Shown: positions 31,423-41,721 of the stretch, piece by piece | Position numbering within the stretch: the first letter of the stretch is position 1 | Layout: the number at the start of each line of letters is the position of its first letter | Assembly (NCBI RefSeq): GCF_044324875.1 | Contig: NZ_CP172185.1 | DNA: 64,000 bases | Reading direction: 5' to 3' (one strand) | Source: Escherichia coli | GTDB lineage: Bacteria; Pseudomonadota; Gammaproteobacteria; Enterobacterales; Enterobacteriaceae | Translations under genes and position numbers: made by a program | The notes under the pieces: model-generated | What the model saw: only the letters and a program-made list of their open reading frames with translations | Databases searched by the model: none | Told to the model about the DNA's origin: nothing

Positions 31423-32813
31423 GATTTGGCTCCGCTCTTCTTCTGCGCTTTGGCAGCGATTTTGTTACTGGCGAAAATGTTCCAGGCAACCAGCAGCACA
31501 AATAGCGCTACTACAAGTCCGGTGATGGCAAAAGGTGAGAGATAACGTGCCAGGTTTCCGAGGACGATGCCGACAGCACCAAAATCTGCATCGGAAAAGG
31601 TCGTATTAGCAAAGCCTATCGCCCCAAGAACCGGCAATAACAGTACTGGCAGGAAGGTAATCAATAAGCCATTCGCAAAAGCACCAATCATTGCGCCACG
31701 ACGTCCCCCCGTAGCGTTACCAAATACGCCAGCAGCCGCCCCGGTAAAAAAGTGAGGAACGACACCCGGAAGAATCAACACCAGTTTCATCTGTCCCAAC
31801 AAAAATAGCCCTACCAGACCGCCAAAAAAGCTAAACAAGAAACCAACTAACACTGCGTTTGGCGCATACGGATACACAACCGGGCAATCGAGGGCCGGAC
31901 GGGCATTCGGCACCAGCTTTTCTGAAAACCCGGTAAATGCCGGAACTATTTCAGCAAGGATTAAACGCACGCCTTGCAGAATAATAAATACACCAGCAGC
32001 GAAGGTGATGGCCATTATGATGGCGTAGACAAGGTAGTTTTGACCACCACTGAACTGGCTTTCAACGAACTCACGACCAGCACTGATCGCCATGATCAGA
32101 TAAATCACCATCATCGTAAGAGAAATAGAGATGGAACTGTCGCGCAGGAAGCTCAGATTTTTGGGCAAATTCATCTCTTCGGTGGAGCGGGAACCTTTAC
32201 CGCACACGCTGCCAATCCAGCCAGAAAGTACATATCCCAGAGTGCCAAAGTGACCAAAAGCAATGTCATCATTCCCCGTAATACGCTTCATATAGCGTTG
32301 TGCTAATGCCGGGAAAAATGCCATCACAAGTCCCAGAATAAGAGAACCGGTAAAGACCAGTGATATACCTTCAAAACCAGCCACTGTCAGAATCACACCA
32401 ATCATGCAGGCCATGTAAAATGTGTGGTGTCCGGTCAGGAAGATATATTTAAGGCGGGTAAAGCGGGCAACAATAATATTCGCCACCATACCAAATGCCA
32501 TAATAAGGGCCGTCGATGCGCCATATTTTTCCAGCGCAATAGAAACAATAGCCTCATTATTCGGAATGATGCCCTGAATATTAAAGGCATGTTCAAACAT
32601 ACTCCCAAGAGGATTTAACGAACCAACCAAAACAGTGGCACCACCGCCCAGTACAATAAAGCCGAGAATAGTTTTAATTGTACCTTTAACAACATCTGAA
32701 AAAGATTTTTTCTGGGCAACCAGACCAATTAAGGCAATCAAGCCGACCAGTATCGCGGGCACTTTAAGTATATCAACAACAAAATTCAGCGTTTCAAGGA
32801 TAAACATATCCAC
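31419..32813 (-). CDS. PTS ascorbate-family EIIC component (UlaA/SgaT-like)
   Basis: 464-aa polytopic membrane protein of UlaA-like architecture; stop overlaps the transketolase start. Confidence 0.85.
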   Translation of the reverse strand: MDMFILETLNFVVDILKVPAILVGLIALIGLVAQKKSFSDVVKGTIKTILGFIVLGGGATVLVGSLNPLGSMFEHAFNIQGIIPNNEAIVSIALEKYGASTALIMAFGMVANIIVARFTRLKYIFLTGHHTFYMACMIGVILTVAGFEGISLVFTGSLILGLVMAFFPALAQRYMKRITGNDDIAFGHFGTLGYVLSGWIGSVCGKGSRSTEEMNLPKNLSFLRDSSISISLTMMVIYLIMAISAGREFVESQFSGGQNYLVYAIIMAITFAAGVFIILQGVRLILAEIVPAFTGFSEKLVPNARPALDCPVVYPYAPNAVLVGFLFSFFGGLVGLFLLGQMKLVLILPGVVPHFFTGAAAGVFGNATGGRRGAMIGAFANGLLITFLPVLLLPVLGAIGFANTTFSDADFGAVGIVLGNLARYLSPFAITGLVVALFVLLVAWNIFASNKIAAKAQKKSGAKS

Positions 32814-32829
32814 CTCGCTTCAATTAAGG

Positions 32830-33102
32830 TTATTGTTTTGCTAACCAGTTACGCAGTTGCGTTTCGAGTTCATTAATATCAATGATGTTGTTGATAACCA
32901 CCAACTGACTTTCCGGTACGCTGGCACTGGCAGCAATATCTTTGGCCATCACAAATAAATCGGCAGCCCCTGGCGTTGCTGATGAGAGATCGGAATGTTC
33001 CACTTCCGCCTCTATATCCATTTTTTTCAGAACTTTTTTAATATTCATTTCGACCATAAAACTACTACCAAGCCCTGAGCCACAAATAGCCATAATTTTC
33101 AT
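32830..33102 (-). CDS. PTS ascorbate-family EIIB component
   Basis: MKIMAICGSGLGSSFMVEMN... with active-site Cys in the CGSGLGSS loop; track ORF extends to 33150. Confidence 0.7.
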   Translation of the reverse strand: MKIMAICGSGLGSSFMVEMNIKKVLKKMDIEAEVEHSDLSSATPGAADLFVMAKDIAASASVPESQLVVINNIIDINELETQLRNWLAKQ

Positions 33103-33180
33103 TATATTCACCATTTTAAGTTGAAGAAGTCCCATCACGCAACGGCGCAATGTTGTGAAAAGACTGAATTTATAATGTAA

Positions 33181-33630
33181 TCAGAACCGTGAAATTATCT
33201 TTTTTATTTCCTCCACATTGCGAGCCTGATGCAATTCATGTAAATCTTTTTCGCTGGAGAATAACTCAGCCAGTGCAGATATCATTTCGATATGACTGTG
33301 TTTGTCTGGTGCGGCAAGTAAAATGATAACATCTACAGGATCAAATTCCTCTGTATGAAAACTGACACCTTCTTCAAGTTTTAATAATGATAAACCTAAT
33401 CCTTTTGCCCCTTCTTCTGGTCGGGCATGCGGCATGGCCAGCCCGGGTGCCAGGACATAATAAGGCCCCAGTTTTTCATGTTGTGTCTTTATCGCACTGA
33501 GATAATCCGTCGTAATTATCTCTGCATCCAGTAACGGTCTGGCACAGATATCTAATGCCTGCTGCCAGGTTGCGGCATTCTTTCGTAATGCGATTGTTGA
33601 ATCAGAAAGCCAGATATTAAGCACTCCCAC
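33181..33630 (-). CDS. PTS ascorbate-family EIIA component
   Basis: 149 aa; PGLAMPHARPEEG matches the UlaC/PtxA-type EIIA active-site region; starts with GTG. Confidence 0.75.
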   Translation of the reverse strand: MGVLNIWLSDSTIALRKNAATWQQALDICARPLLDAEIITTDYLSAIKTQHEKLGPYYVLAPGLAMPHARPEEGAKGLGLSLLKLEEGVSFHTEEFDPVDVIILLAAPDKHSHIEMISALAELFSSEKDLHELHQARNVEEIKKIISRF

Positions 33631-33881
33631 CCCCTAATTTCTTATTTATATGACCAGAATGTATTCAAGTAACGACGGTATATCTGCGATCAATATCACA
33701 AAGATAGCGCTATCAGGAGGTATTGTTCGAATTTGTGATAGCGCTATCAAAATAGATTTCACTGATTAAATCCAGACTTATGGCAGATATTAAGAGGTAT
33801 ACTCTGCTACTGGCAGTGCAGGAAGCCGTTGATGATAAGTAATAAAAGATCTCCATATGTAGTCGCTGAGCAGGATTTTGT

Positions 33882-34901
33882 ATGGCAATAACCCGAAAAC
33901 GTCGTAGTACAGGTAAAGTCACTATTGCTGATGTCGCGCAACTCGCGGGAGTTGGCACAATGACTGTATCCAGAGCGTTACGCACTCCCGAACAAGTTTC
34001 AGATAAATTGAGGGAGAAGATTGAAGCCGCAGTTAATGAATTAGGGTATATGCCCAACCTCACTGCAAGCGCACTGGCATCGGCATCTTCACACACGATC
34101 GCAATGGTCGTGCCAAACCTGGCTGAAGCGGGATGCACGGAAATGTTTGCCGGGCTGCAACATGTGCTACAACCAGCGGGGTATCAAATAATCCTGGCTG
34201 AGTCACGCCATCGTCTGGAACAAGAAGAAAAACTGCTGGAAACCCTGCTGGCTTCTAATATCGCTGCAGCAATTTTGCTTAGTGTTGAGCATAATAGTAC
34301 CGTGCGTCACTTGCTCAAAAATGCCTCGATTCCTGTTATAGAAATCGGTGCCATTCGTACTGATCCGATAGATATCAACATTGGTATTGATAATGTTGCA
34401 GCAATGTTCGAGCTGACGGATATGCTGGTACAACGTGGTTATCAGAATATCGGTTTGCTATGCGCTAACCAGGAACAGTGGATCTTTCAGCAGCATTTAC
34501 AGGGATGGTATAAAGCTATGTTACGCCATCATATGTCTCCCAACCGTGTTATTAACGCTGCTCTGCCACCTGTTTTTTCCACCGGAGCATCACAACTACC
34601 GGAATTTTTGCTCGCATGGCCGGAACTGGATGCCCTGGTATGTGTGTCAGATGAGTTAGCCTGCGGTGTTCTCTATGAATGTCAACGAAGACGGATCAAA
34701 GTTCCAGACGAGCTCGCCGTAGTAGGATTTGGTGACAGTGACGTCAGCAAAGTTTGCCAACCATCATTAACAACAATGGCCGTTCCTCACAGGAAAATTG
34801 GTCTGGAAGCAGGAAATGTTTTGCTGGAACGAATTAAAGAAGGTAACTGGAGCAATCAGATATTCATTGAGCCCTGTTTATGTTTACGTGAAAGCTGCTG
34901 A
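33882..34901 (+). CDS. LacI-family transcriptional regulator
   Basis: 339 aa; N-terminal HTH VTIADVAQLAGVGTMTVSRAL and periplasmic-binding-protein-like core; divergent from the PTS/transketolase operon. Confidence 0.85.
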   Translation: MAITRKRRSTGKVTIADVAQLAGVGTMTVSRALRTPEQVSDKLREKIEAAVNELGYMPNLTASALASASSHTIAMVVPNLAEAGCTEMFAGLQHVLQPAGYQIILAESRHRLEQEEKLLETLLASNIAAAILLSVEHNSTVRHLLKNASIPVIEIGAIRTDPIDINIGIDNVAAMFELTDMLVQRGYQNIGLLCANQEQWIFQQHLQGWYKAMLRHHMSPNRVINAALPPVFSTGASQLPEFLLAWPELDALVCVSDELACGVLYECQRRRIKVPDELAVVGFGDSDVSKVCQPSLTTMAVPHRKIGLEAGNVLLERIKEGNWSNQIFIEPCLCLRESC

Positions 34902-35496
34902 AGCTGGGGGACTGGTATCTTTCAGCTCACTGATTTTGTTGCTGAACCTGATATATCCTTCGGTTTTCCACAACCAGGGGAAGGGTGTCATCATAAGGCG
35001 TGATGACACCCTGAATTCCCATCCTGTATCTGCAGAAAATTTTTCGTAAATAAATTAATTTAATAACTAAAAAGAAAATACAATAAGCAAAATATCAATT
35101 ACAGCATGTTCGTTTGTTTAAAGAACCTGCTGGTCCTGCCATTAATATTACCTGCTGATTGCTTCACATCCGGATTCCTCGCACTGCGCGCGGGTTATTG
35201 TTTCGTTTTCGGCCACGGGGTCGCCAGGGCTCTGTTTGCAGGCCATGATGGCCTGACCTGTACTGTTTCTCAGGCACTGAGATGTCCGTTTACGCCATTT
35301 GTTCCCGGATATCCTTAACCTCTGACGTTTGTTCCCTGCCCCTCTGTCTGATAACGAATACGCTCACAACGCACAGTACTGAACAATACCGACAACAACA
35401 TGTCTTACATGAAATTCGCTGTAACATCCACCGGAAAACATTTTCAGATATCGGATGAGGTACTACTTCCATTGACAGCGCGAGGTAACAAAATTG

Positions 35497-36005
35497 ATGG
35501 TAACTCTGACCATTAACCGTAAACCGCAGGGTATTTTCAGTAAATCACCGGCAACGCCGCTGCAGGATAAAACGGACACAGCATACAAAATGAAGGCCGG
35601 TGACCAGATACCACAGTTGAACGATAAACAGAAACCTGCTGATAAAACACCGTGGCGACATGACAAAACGCCAGAGCAAAAACCGTAAGCGCATTATTCG
35701 TCTTGTGGAACTCTGGCCTGAGTCATTCAACCGGGAAAAAAACAAAACCACTTAAAGTGGGGATACCTGACGACCTGATACAGGATATCGCCATCCGAGA
35801 ACTGGCGTTTGGCGCTGGTACATTACATGCAGCAGTGGCGTCTTATGTGCAGTCTCCGTGCTATTACCGTGCGTTAATAGCAGGTGGCGCCCGTTACAAC
35901 CTGAACGGTCAGCCGTGCGGGGAAGTGACACCACAGGAACAGAAAGAGGCAGAGACCCGTTTAATGATGCTGAATGACCGACGAAAAGACAGAAAACCTC
36001 GTTGA
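35497..36005 (+). pseudogene. ProQ/FinO-family RNA-binding protein gene, apparently frameshifted near 35690
   Basis: N-terminal basic segment (MVTLTINRKPQG...) in one frame to 35688; FinO/ProQ core (KPLKVGIPDDL...YNLNGQPCGEVTPQEQKEAE) in another frame from 35703. Confidence 0.5.
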
Positions 36006-36022
36006 CTGCACAACAGCGCTGT

Positions 36023-36619
36023 TCACTGAGCTGTAATCAATGTACAGCGCTGTACCGGGCGATGGGTAATACCGGTCACAACCGGTAACCCCAGAGACAA
36101 TGCAACTGTTTTTAACGCAATATACTGGCCGGATGTATCACCCCGGGCAGCCTGAAAACACCTTTCCACCCGGCATTGTCCGTCAGCACTTATCACCCGC
36201 CATGTCTGTTGCAATAAATCCACCCGTTGCGAACATTCTTCATCAACCGTGGCACTGACCCGTGGATGGCAAATGCTCGTCTGGCTGAGCAGCAACAGGC
36301 ATCGCATTGTTGCTCCTCCATGTTGTTCCCGCAACCAGCGTAATACCACCGGTGGTGCTGGACTGGCCGTGTGATTACGTTCAGTAATACGCTCGTGCAC
36401 CTGTCGGTAAAAGGAAGTACAGAATGCATGAATCTGTTGTCCGTTGATGTTTCCTTCTGCCGAATGGAGCGTGAAGTGAAATGCCAACAGATTTGGCCAG
36501 TGGTCCACCGCCTGCTGAACAAAACGCCGGATTTCCCCCGGCGCTGAAAGTAAGGCTTCGGTTATTTGCACTATTTTATCCCCGTTGAATTTTGTTAAGC
36601 CGGTGCAGACCAGACACAC
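36023..36619 (-). CDS. Hypothetical protein, weakly Gp2/YagK/YfjJ-like; GTG start; may be a fragment
   Basis: 198-aa ORF with no ATG at the start; shares short motifs with the two downstream Gp2-like proteins. Confidence 0.35.
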   Translation of the reverse strand: MCLVCTGLTKFNGDKIVQITEALLSAPGEIRRFVQQAVDHWPNLLAFHFTLHSAEGNINGQQIHAFCTSFYRQVHERITERNHTASPAPPVVLRWLREQHGGATMRCLLLLSQTSICHPRVSATVDEECSQRVDLLQQTWRVISADGQCRVERCFQAARGDTSGQYIALKTVALSLGLPVVTGITHRPVQRCTLITAQ

Positions 36620-36848
36620 GGAAAGCGCACATCGACACCGGCACGGTACGATACAAACACCAGTGACTGGCGGGACGAAGGGAATGACGAATCAGTCAGG
36701 AAATGATGACAAACAGTTGGCTGGCCAGAGGGTGCCAGCAGAAAGATGAGCGGGAGTTGTCAGCGCCAGCACCAGGGACAGGGCTGATTTCCACAATACC
36801 AGCGCCGGCATTTCGCACATTGCCAGCGTACTGGCATTACAACACGTT

Positions 36849-37085
36849 TCATGCTGCTGCTCCTCGTGATTCCTCAATTCGCTGCTGCATCCACTGCTCC
36901 ACTTCACTTTTGTACCAGCGGCTGCTGCGCCCCAGTTTGATGGGTTTAGGGAAATGGCCTTCACTGATCAGCTTGTAAAACCATTTGTCGGTCATACCAG
37001 TGAAGCTGGTGATGTAGTTCATGTCGATCAGGGGATCGTCGGCACGCAGCAATACGCTGTCGTGACCTGTCATTGAGGTCAACAT
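36849..37085 (-). CDS. alpA: AlpA-family phage/island transcriptional regulator
   Basis: C-terminal 57 aa MNYITSFTGMTDKWFYKLISEGHFPKPIKLGRSSRWYKSEVEQWMQQR is AlpA-like; alternative start at 37022. Confidence 0.75.
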   Translation of the reverse strand: MLTSMTGHDSVLLRADDPLIDMNYITSFTGMTDKWFYKLISEGHFPKPIKLGRSSRWYKSEVEQWMQQRIEESRGAAA

Positions 37086-37153
37086 GGTCAGAATGTCCTC
37101 TGTGAGATTTATGAATGTTGGGCAAATGCGGGTGAATCTGCTGAGCTGAGCTT

Positions 37154-37726
37154 TCAGAGCTGGCCTGCTACGGGATACCAGGGATTACCGGCGAGGTAAC
37201 GGGCTTCCGGATCGCGCACACCACGACGATCGCGGGCGAAATCACTGAACGCCCATATCAGCTCTTTGAGTCTCTCTTCGCAGTCCGGTGAACAACTGTC
37301 CAGCACCACATCCCGGGTTATCTGTTTCTGGTACGGTGCTGCTTCACCCGGTGACGCGAAGCCCAGTACGTTGCTCCAGGCATCCAGAATCAACCGGTCC
37401 AGCTCAGGGCCGTCGAAATATTCCTGTCTGACGCACAGCACCACGTGGTATTCCGGTTTTTCAGGATGACGGGTCAGGAGCCAGCAGAGGTCGCGTCCGG
37501 GGGTTGCATTCATCAGCGCACTGACGGTTTCGATAAAGGCCATACCGAACCAGGTTTTTCTGTCGCTGAAGATGTTGCCATGTTCCCCCGGCAGACGAAG
37601 CAGGATCCGCCGTATCCTGGAGCCGGACTGCTCGCGCAACACACGGTTGAGAACGCCGATGATTTTGTTCTGATAAGATGGCCAGAAGGGCGCCATGCTA
37701 TAGTCGAAATAAGGGATAGCATTCAT
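37154..37726 (-). CDS. Gp2/YagK/YfjJ-family island protein
   Basis: Track ORF starts at TTG 37756; first ATG at 37726 (MNAIPYFDYS...); contains a YHVVLCV motif. Confidence 0.5.
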   Translation of the reverse strand: MNAIPYFDYSMAPFWPSYQNKIIGVLNRVLREQSGSRIRRILLRLPGEHGNIFSDRKTWFGMAFIETVSALMNATPGRDLCWLLTRHPEKPEYHVVLCVRQEYFDGPELDRLILDAWSNVLGFASPGEAAPYQKQITRDVVLDSCSPDCEERLKELIWAFSDFARDRRGVRDPEARYLAGNPWYPVAGQL

Positions 37727-38082
37727 AAGATATGTTCCGTTATACGCAGCCCACAACGCGTCCTGCCCGTGGATGCGCTGACGTGTTATGGCTTGCGTAT
37801 GGGGTTGATGGAATAAGTGAAAAACCGCGGCAGAACGGGAAGATCAGGTAACCGACAAGGGACAGAACACCGGATGCAGGTTCAGAATGAATGATCTCCG
37901 TTGACTTCGGTTCACATCATTAAGCAGGACAGTAAGGTTTTACCGACGGAGTGTTTCCAGGAGCGAAAGCAGAGAAAAATACCGTTGCATGACTTCAGGA
38001 CGACTTTTTCAGAAAACGAGCTAAGGGCGTCAGCCAACGTCCTGTAGCATAAGCTCAGGCACCGGATGTCGTTTTACAGGGC

Positions 38083-38814
38083 TCACCTGCCATCCAGCAG
38101 ACGCCCCGGCCCACGACTGCAACCATAATTACGTTGCCCGGAACCGTCATGCTGCTTCGTCTCATATTTCACGAGATAACTGGCTCTGTTCCGGGCTTTC
38201 TGCAGCGCTTCCACATCACCACGCTTGATCCAGAGAACAGCGGCTTCACCCGGCTTTTTTTCTGAAGCCTTCCTGGTATCAGAACATCCACCCGACAAAG
38301 GCGTGTCATCGGAAGAAGGGCGAGCATCAGACGATGCTGGTTTACGGGAAGGCGTCCACCTGGAAAAATGGACCAGGCCATCGCCTTGCCAGGCCTCAAG
38401 ATGCAGGGCGCTGCACCATGCCTCCAGGATCATCGTCGCCAGCGAAGATGGTTCGCTGAAATCCCCTGGCGAGCACCAGGTATCTTTGTTGAGCAGCAAT
38501 ATCACGTGATAATGTTTCCTGCCTTTTTCCTTGCCAAACTCCCGACACCAGAAATAACGCAGAGTGGTTGCACGCACACGCTTGTTGGCACGTCGTTTTT
38601 TCCGCTGGTAAGCCTGGATTTTGGCTTTCAGGGATTCGAAAAAACGAGAAATCACCGCTGAATCCGGATCGGGATCCATGATGGTGACAGGCATATACTC
38701 AGGGAAACGTAAATCCACCCGGATTAACGAGACGGCACGGTGCTGCGACAGGGCACTGTCGAGAAGGCTGTCAAAACGGGATAACCAGTAAGCATTGTGT
38801 ATTGGTTGATTCAT
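38083..38814 (-). CDS. Gp2/YagK/YfjJ-family island protein
   Basis: 243 aa, MNQPIHNAYWLSRFDSLLDS... with a GRKHYHVILLLNKD motif. Confidence 0.55.
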   Translation of the reverse strand: MNQPIHNAYWLSRFDSLLDSALSQHRAVSLIRVDLRFPEYMPVTIMDPDPDSAVISRFFESLKAKIQAYQRKKRRANKRVRATTLRYFWCREFGKEKGRKHYHVILLLNKDTWCSPGDFSEPSSLATMILEAWCSALHLEAWQGDGLVHFSRWTPSRKPASSDARPSSDDTPLSGGCSDTRKASEKKPGEAAVLWIKRGDVEALQKARNRASYLVKYETKQHDGSGQRNYGCSRGPGRLLDGR

Positions 38815-40397
38815 GATGAGAGATCTCCGTTGATTTGGATTGACTTCACATCATTAATCACCGCGGTAAAACTTTACGGCATCATGTCATTAAGCAATGC
38901 TACAACTCTCTGATTAAGAGTGATTGAAACGGAACAAACCATCCCGGAACGAAAAGATAATCCTGCACACAGCAGCAAAACACGCAACAACAGCATGAAT
39001 GGATTTAAAAACGACATGGACGACGAGAAAAGCCTGAAGGGAAAAGGATCCACAGAACATTCGAACAAAACACCAGAAACGCAACCAGAACGCTTCCTGG
39101 CAATGCAAATCAACAACAACGCCAAAACCTACAGCTTAATCACACAACTCAATCACGAATGCGAATGACACGTTTAAAACCTGTTTACAGATAACGCCGT
39201 AACACGATCATCCCCATCACCATCAGAATCGATTTTCTCATCCCGAAAATGTTACGTTTCACTACGCACCATAAAAACGATTAACCATCGATAACGTAAA
39301 TCTCATCTGAATCAAAAAACCAAAACCAATCATCACACTTTCGCAATGCAAGAAGAAAAACCACATCATGACGAAAACAATGACCTTACATGAAAAAGCA
39401 AAACGTCAGGAATCGTTAATGCCTCAATCTGATTGTTATCAAAACATCCAGAAAGTCGTTTAACAGAATCGTCGTAAGCACATCGAAAAGAACGTCAGAT
39501 CACCTCAGGAAAGTTCGGGTTGATTTAGCGTAAAGATACTTTTCTCAGCTTAACGTCGAAACACAAACCAAAAACCACAAACAACCAAAGCTCAGGAAAG
39601 GTTAAACGTCACATCAGTAAAATCGAATAGCAGATTGATTGCTTAAACAGGAAAGATTGTTTTACAGCAGCATTAAACTGATTTAGTTAACGTAAAATCA
39701 GAACTGACAGGTTTACTAACTTGGATGTGTATCAGTTCAAAAATGTGTACAGCAATGCGTAATGAAACACATTTAAAGGAGATTAATGGGAAAAGTGTGT
39801 AAATGCGTAAACATGCACTAATGAATCACTGAAGGAATACATACAAAACGACTTAATGAAAACATAAAAGGACCTAATGGAAAAGGTGTATATAATACCA
39901 TATCCGACATTCTCAACATCTTAAGACATCCATGCAGACTGAATGTTGGTTTCAGTTTTTCACGGTAAGCATGAATCTTTTCTGTTCAAAAGCAGAGCAG
40001 ATTTACTCTGGAATTATTTTTCTTACTCCGTATTCTGTACAGCAAAAACTTGTGCTAACTTTACAGCAAACCATCATAATCAGCGTCTGTAGTCCCATCG
40101 CTTTACCCCATGAAAGTGAATCCATATGATGTGAGAGAGATAAGTCATCGTATCCGGTAAACACTGCTTACTATAACATAAGATCATTCAGTCAGTTTTA
40201 TCTCTGAACTGACGATTATGGCATGCTCATTTATATGGCTCACAGAGGAGTGTTATTATCCGTAAGCTTTAATCATCAAATCACATGACCATACCAAACT
40301 GGCGCTATATCAGCTCATTTGACGCTCATTCCCTTTAGATTTCTTTATGTGTTTTTTGTCGATAATTAAAATGTAATATAAATTTAATATTTTCACA

Positions 40398-41621
40398 TCA
40401 TAAACACCATTTAAAACCATCATCCTGAACATCATACAACAATATATTTTTACTAAAGCATGAATTGTATATTTCTATTAATTCAGGAAAATTATCAGGA
40501 TTCACCTTTAAATTCAACTGAATGTTACACTTAATTTCACTCAGCAGTTCTTCATGCGTGGATTTTATTATCCCTTTATCATAATCTATAAATACACACA
40601 TGTTTTTCATGAATTCAAACCCTTTTCCTGTATACAGTTTGATGAATGCCACAAGAGCAAACATTTCAAGATGCAGCCATAATGCCACGTGAGTTTTTCG
40701 CAAAGTATAAAAAATTGAATTCGCCACTTTTTTACTTATTGCTCTTTTGTACTGTGAGTGCGCCAGATTCAGTAGTGGCAATTCTCTCTCGATAAATGAA
40801 AGTGAAAAAGGCGGGTAAATTGATGTCGGAAATATTTCAGGTCTTATGATATTTTCGATTTCCACCATAAATCTATCCATAGAACGAAAATCATTTTCTT
40901 TTTTTATTCTGGTATAGAGACCGCCTTTATTCCTTACTGCGACTTTTTTTCGTGCTATCCCCCCCAACATTTCCTCTAATTGTTTATTTATCTTCGTATC
41001 ATTAAATACAACCATTCTTCTTATCATCCTGGGAAGGATGATAATATCAGAGCTTGAATCACTTGAACGGCAATTATTATTGATCCATGCAACTTCAAGT
41101 TGAAGTATCGGAACATTAAATTCTCTGGGGTTAATAACTCTCTGATATTGTTTTTTGTATGCGTTTTCATTAAGATATTCTCTGCTGTAGAGAAACTTAT
41201 AGCAATATAATCTGACAATATCCTTTATGTAAGATTTAAATGAGTCACCTGTAACAGATATATTTTTTCTTCTCAGTAACTCCTGTGTATTGAGCCATTC
41301 CCGTGACCGGAGTACTCCATTATGAAGACTTTTTCTTACTTGCTTTGAATTGCGCAATTGATGTAATATTTTTGCGTCCTCAACAATTCTCTTTCCCGTT
41401 TGATTTCTTGCAGCATCTATTACTCTGTCAAATATCTCCCGGTCCAGACTTTTGTCATATTTACTGATTATACGACAAATATTCCTGACCCGACGGTTCT
41501 CTTTATTTCGTTTCCATAACTGATAATGATCATCACATAACCTCAGGGCATTTGCCTCATCAAATTCTGAAACAGGATTGCTGCATTTTTTATTCCGACA
41601 GATACCTTTGTTTTTAGCCAT
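40398..41621 (-). CDS. Uncharacterised AT-rich orphan protein (407 aa) with an N-terminal Cys/His cluster
   Basis: Clean ATG at 41621 with a purine-rich ribosome-binding site; single long ORF; AT content visibly much higher than neighbours; CRNKKCSNPV...LCDDHYQLW near the N-terminus; no Walker A, DDE or HNH motif seen. Confidence 0.6.
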   Translation of the reverse strand: MAKNKGICRNKKCSNPVSEFDEANALRLCDDHYQLWKRNKENRRVRNICRIISKYDKSLDREIFDRVIDAARNQTGKRIVEDAKILHQLRNSKQVRKSLHNGVLRSREWLNTQELLRRKNISVTGDSFKSYIKDIVRLYCYKFLYSREYLNENAYKKQYQRVINPREFNVPILQLEVAWINNNCRSSDSSSDIIILPRMIRRMVVFNDTKINKQLEEMLGGIARKKVAVRNKGGLYTRIKKENDFRSMDRFMVEIENIIRPEIFPTSIYPPFSLSFIERELPLLNLAHSQYKRAISKKVANSIFYTLRKTHVALWLHLEMFALVAFIKLYTGKGFEFMKNMCVFIDYDKGIIKSTHEELLSEIKCNIQLNLKVNPDNFPELIEIYNSCFSKNILLYDVQDDGFKWCL

Positions 41622-41721
41622 ACTCTTCTTCCCGTCAATGGAAAAATTTTCACGTCCATATTACCTGACTGAGAGGCCGGATTAATGTGATCCGGTTCAG
41701 TGAAATCAACAGGATAACGGT

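Noticed and set aside
38920-39168. 82-aa plus-strand ORF (GTG start) in the A/C-skewed segment
   Set aside because: Low-complexity hydrophilic translation expected from A-rich sequence; no ribosome-binding site; the region is treated as non-coding and flagged as a finding.
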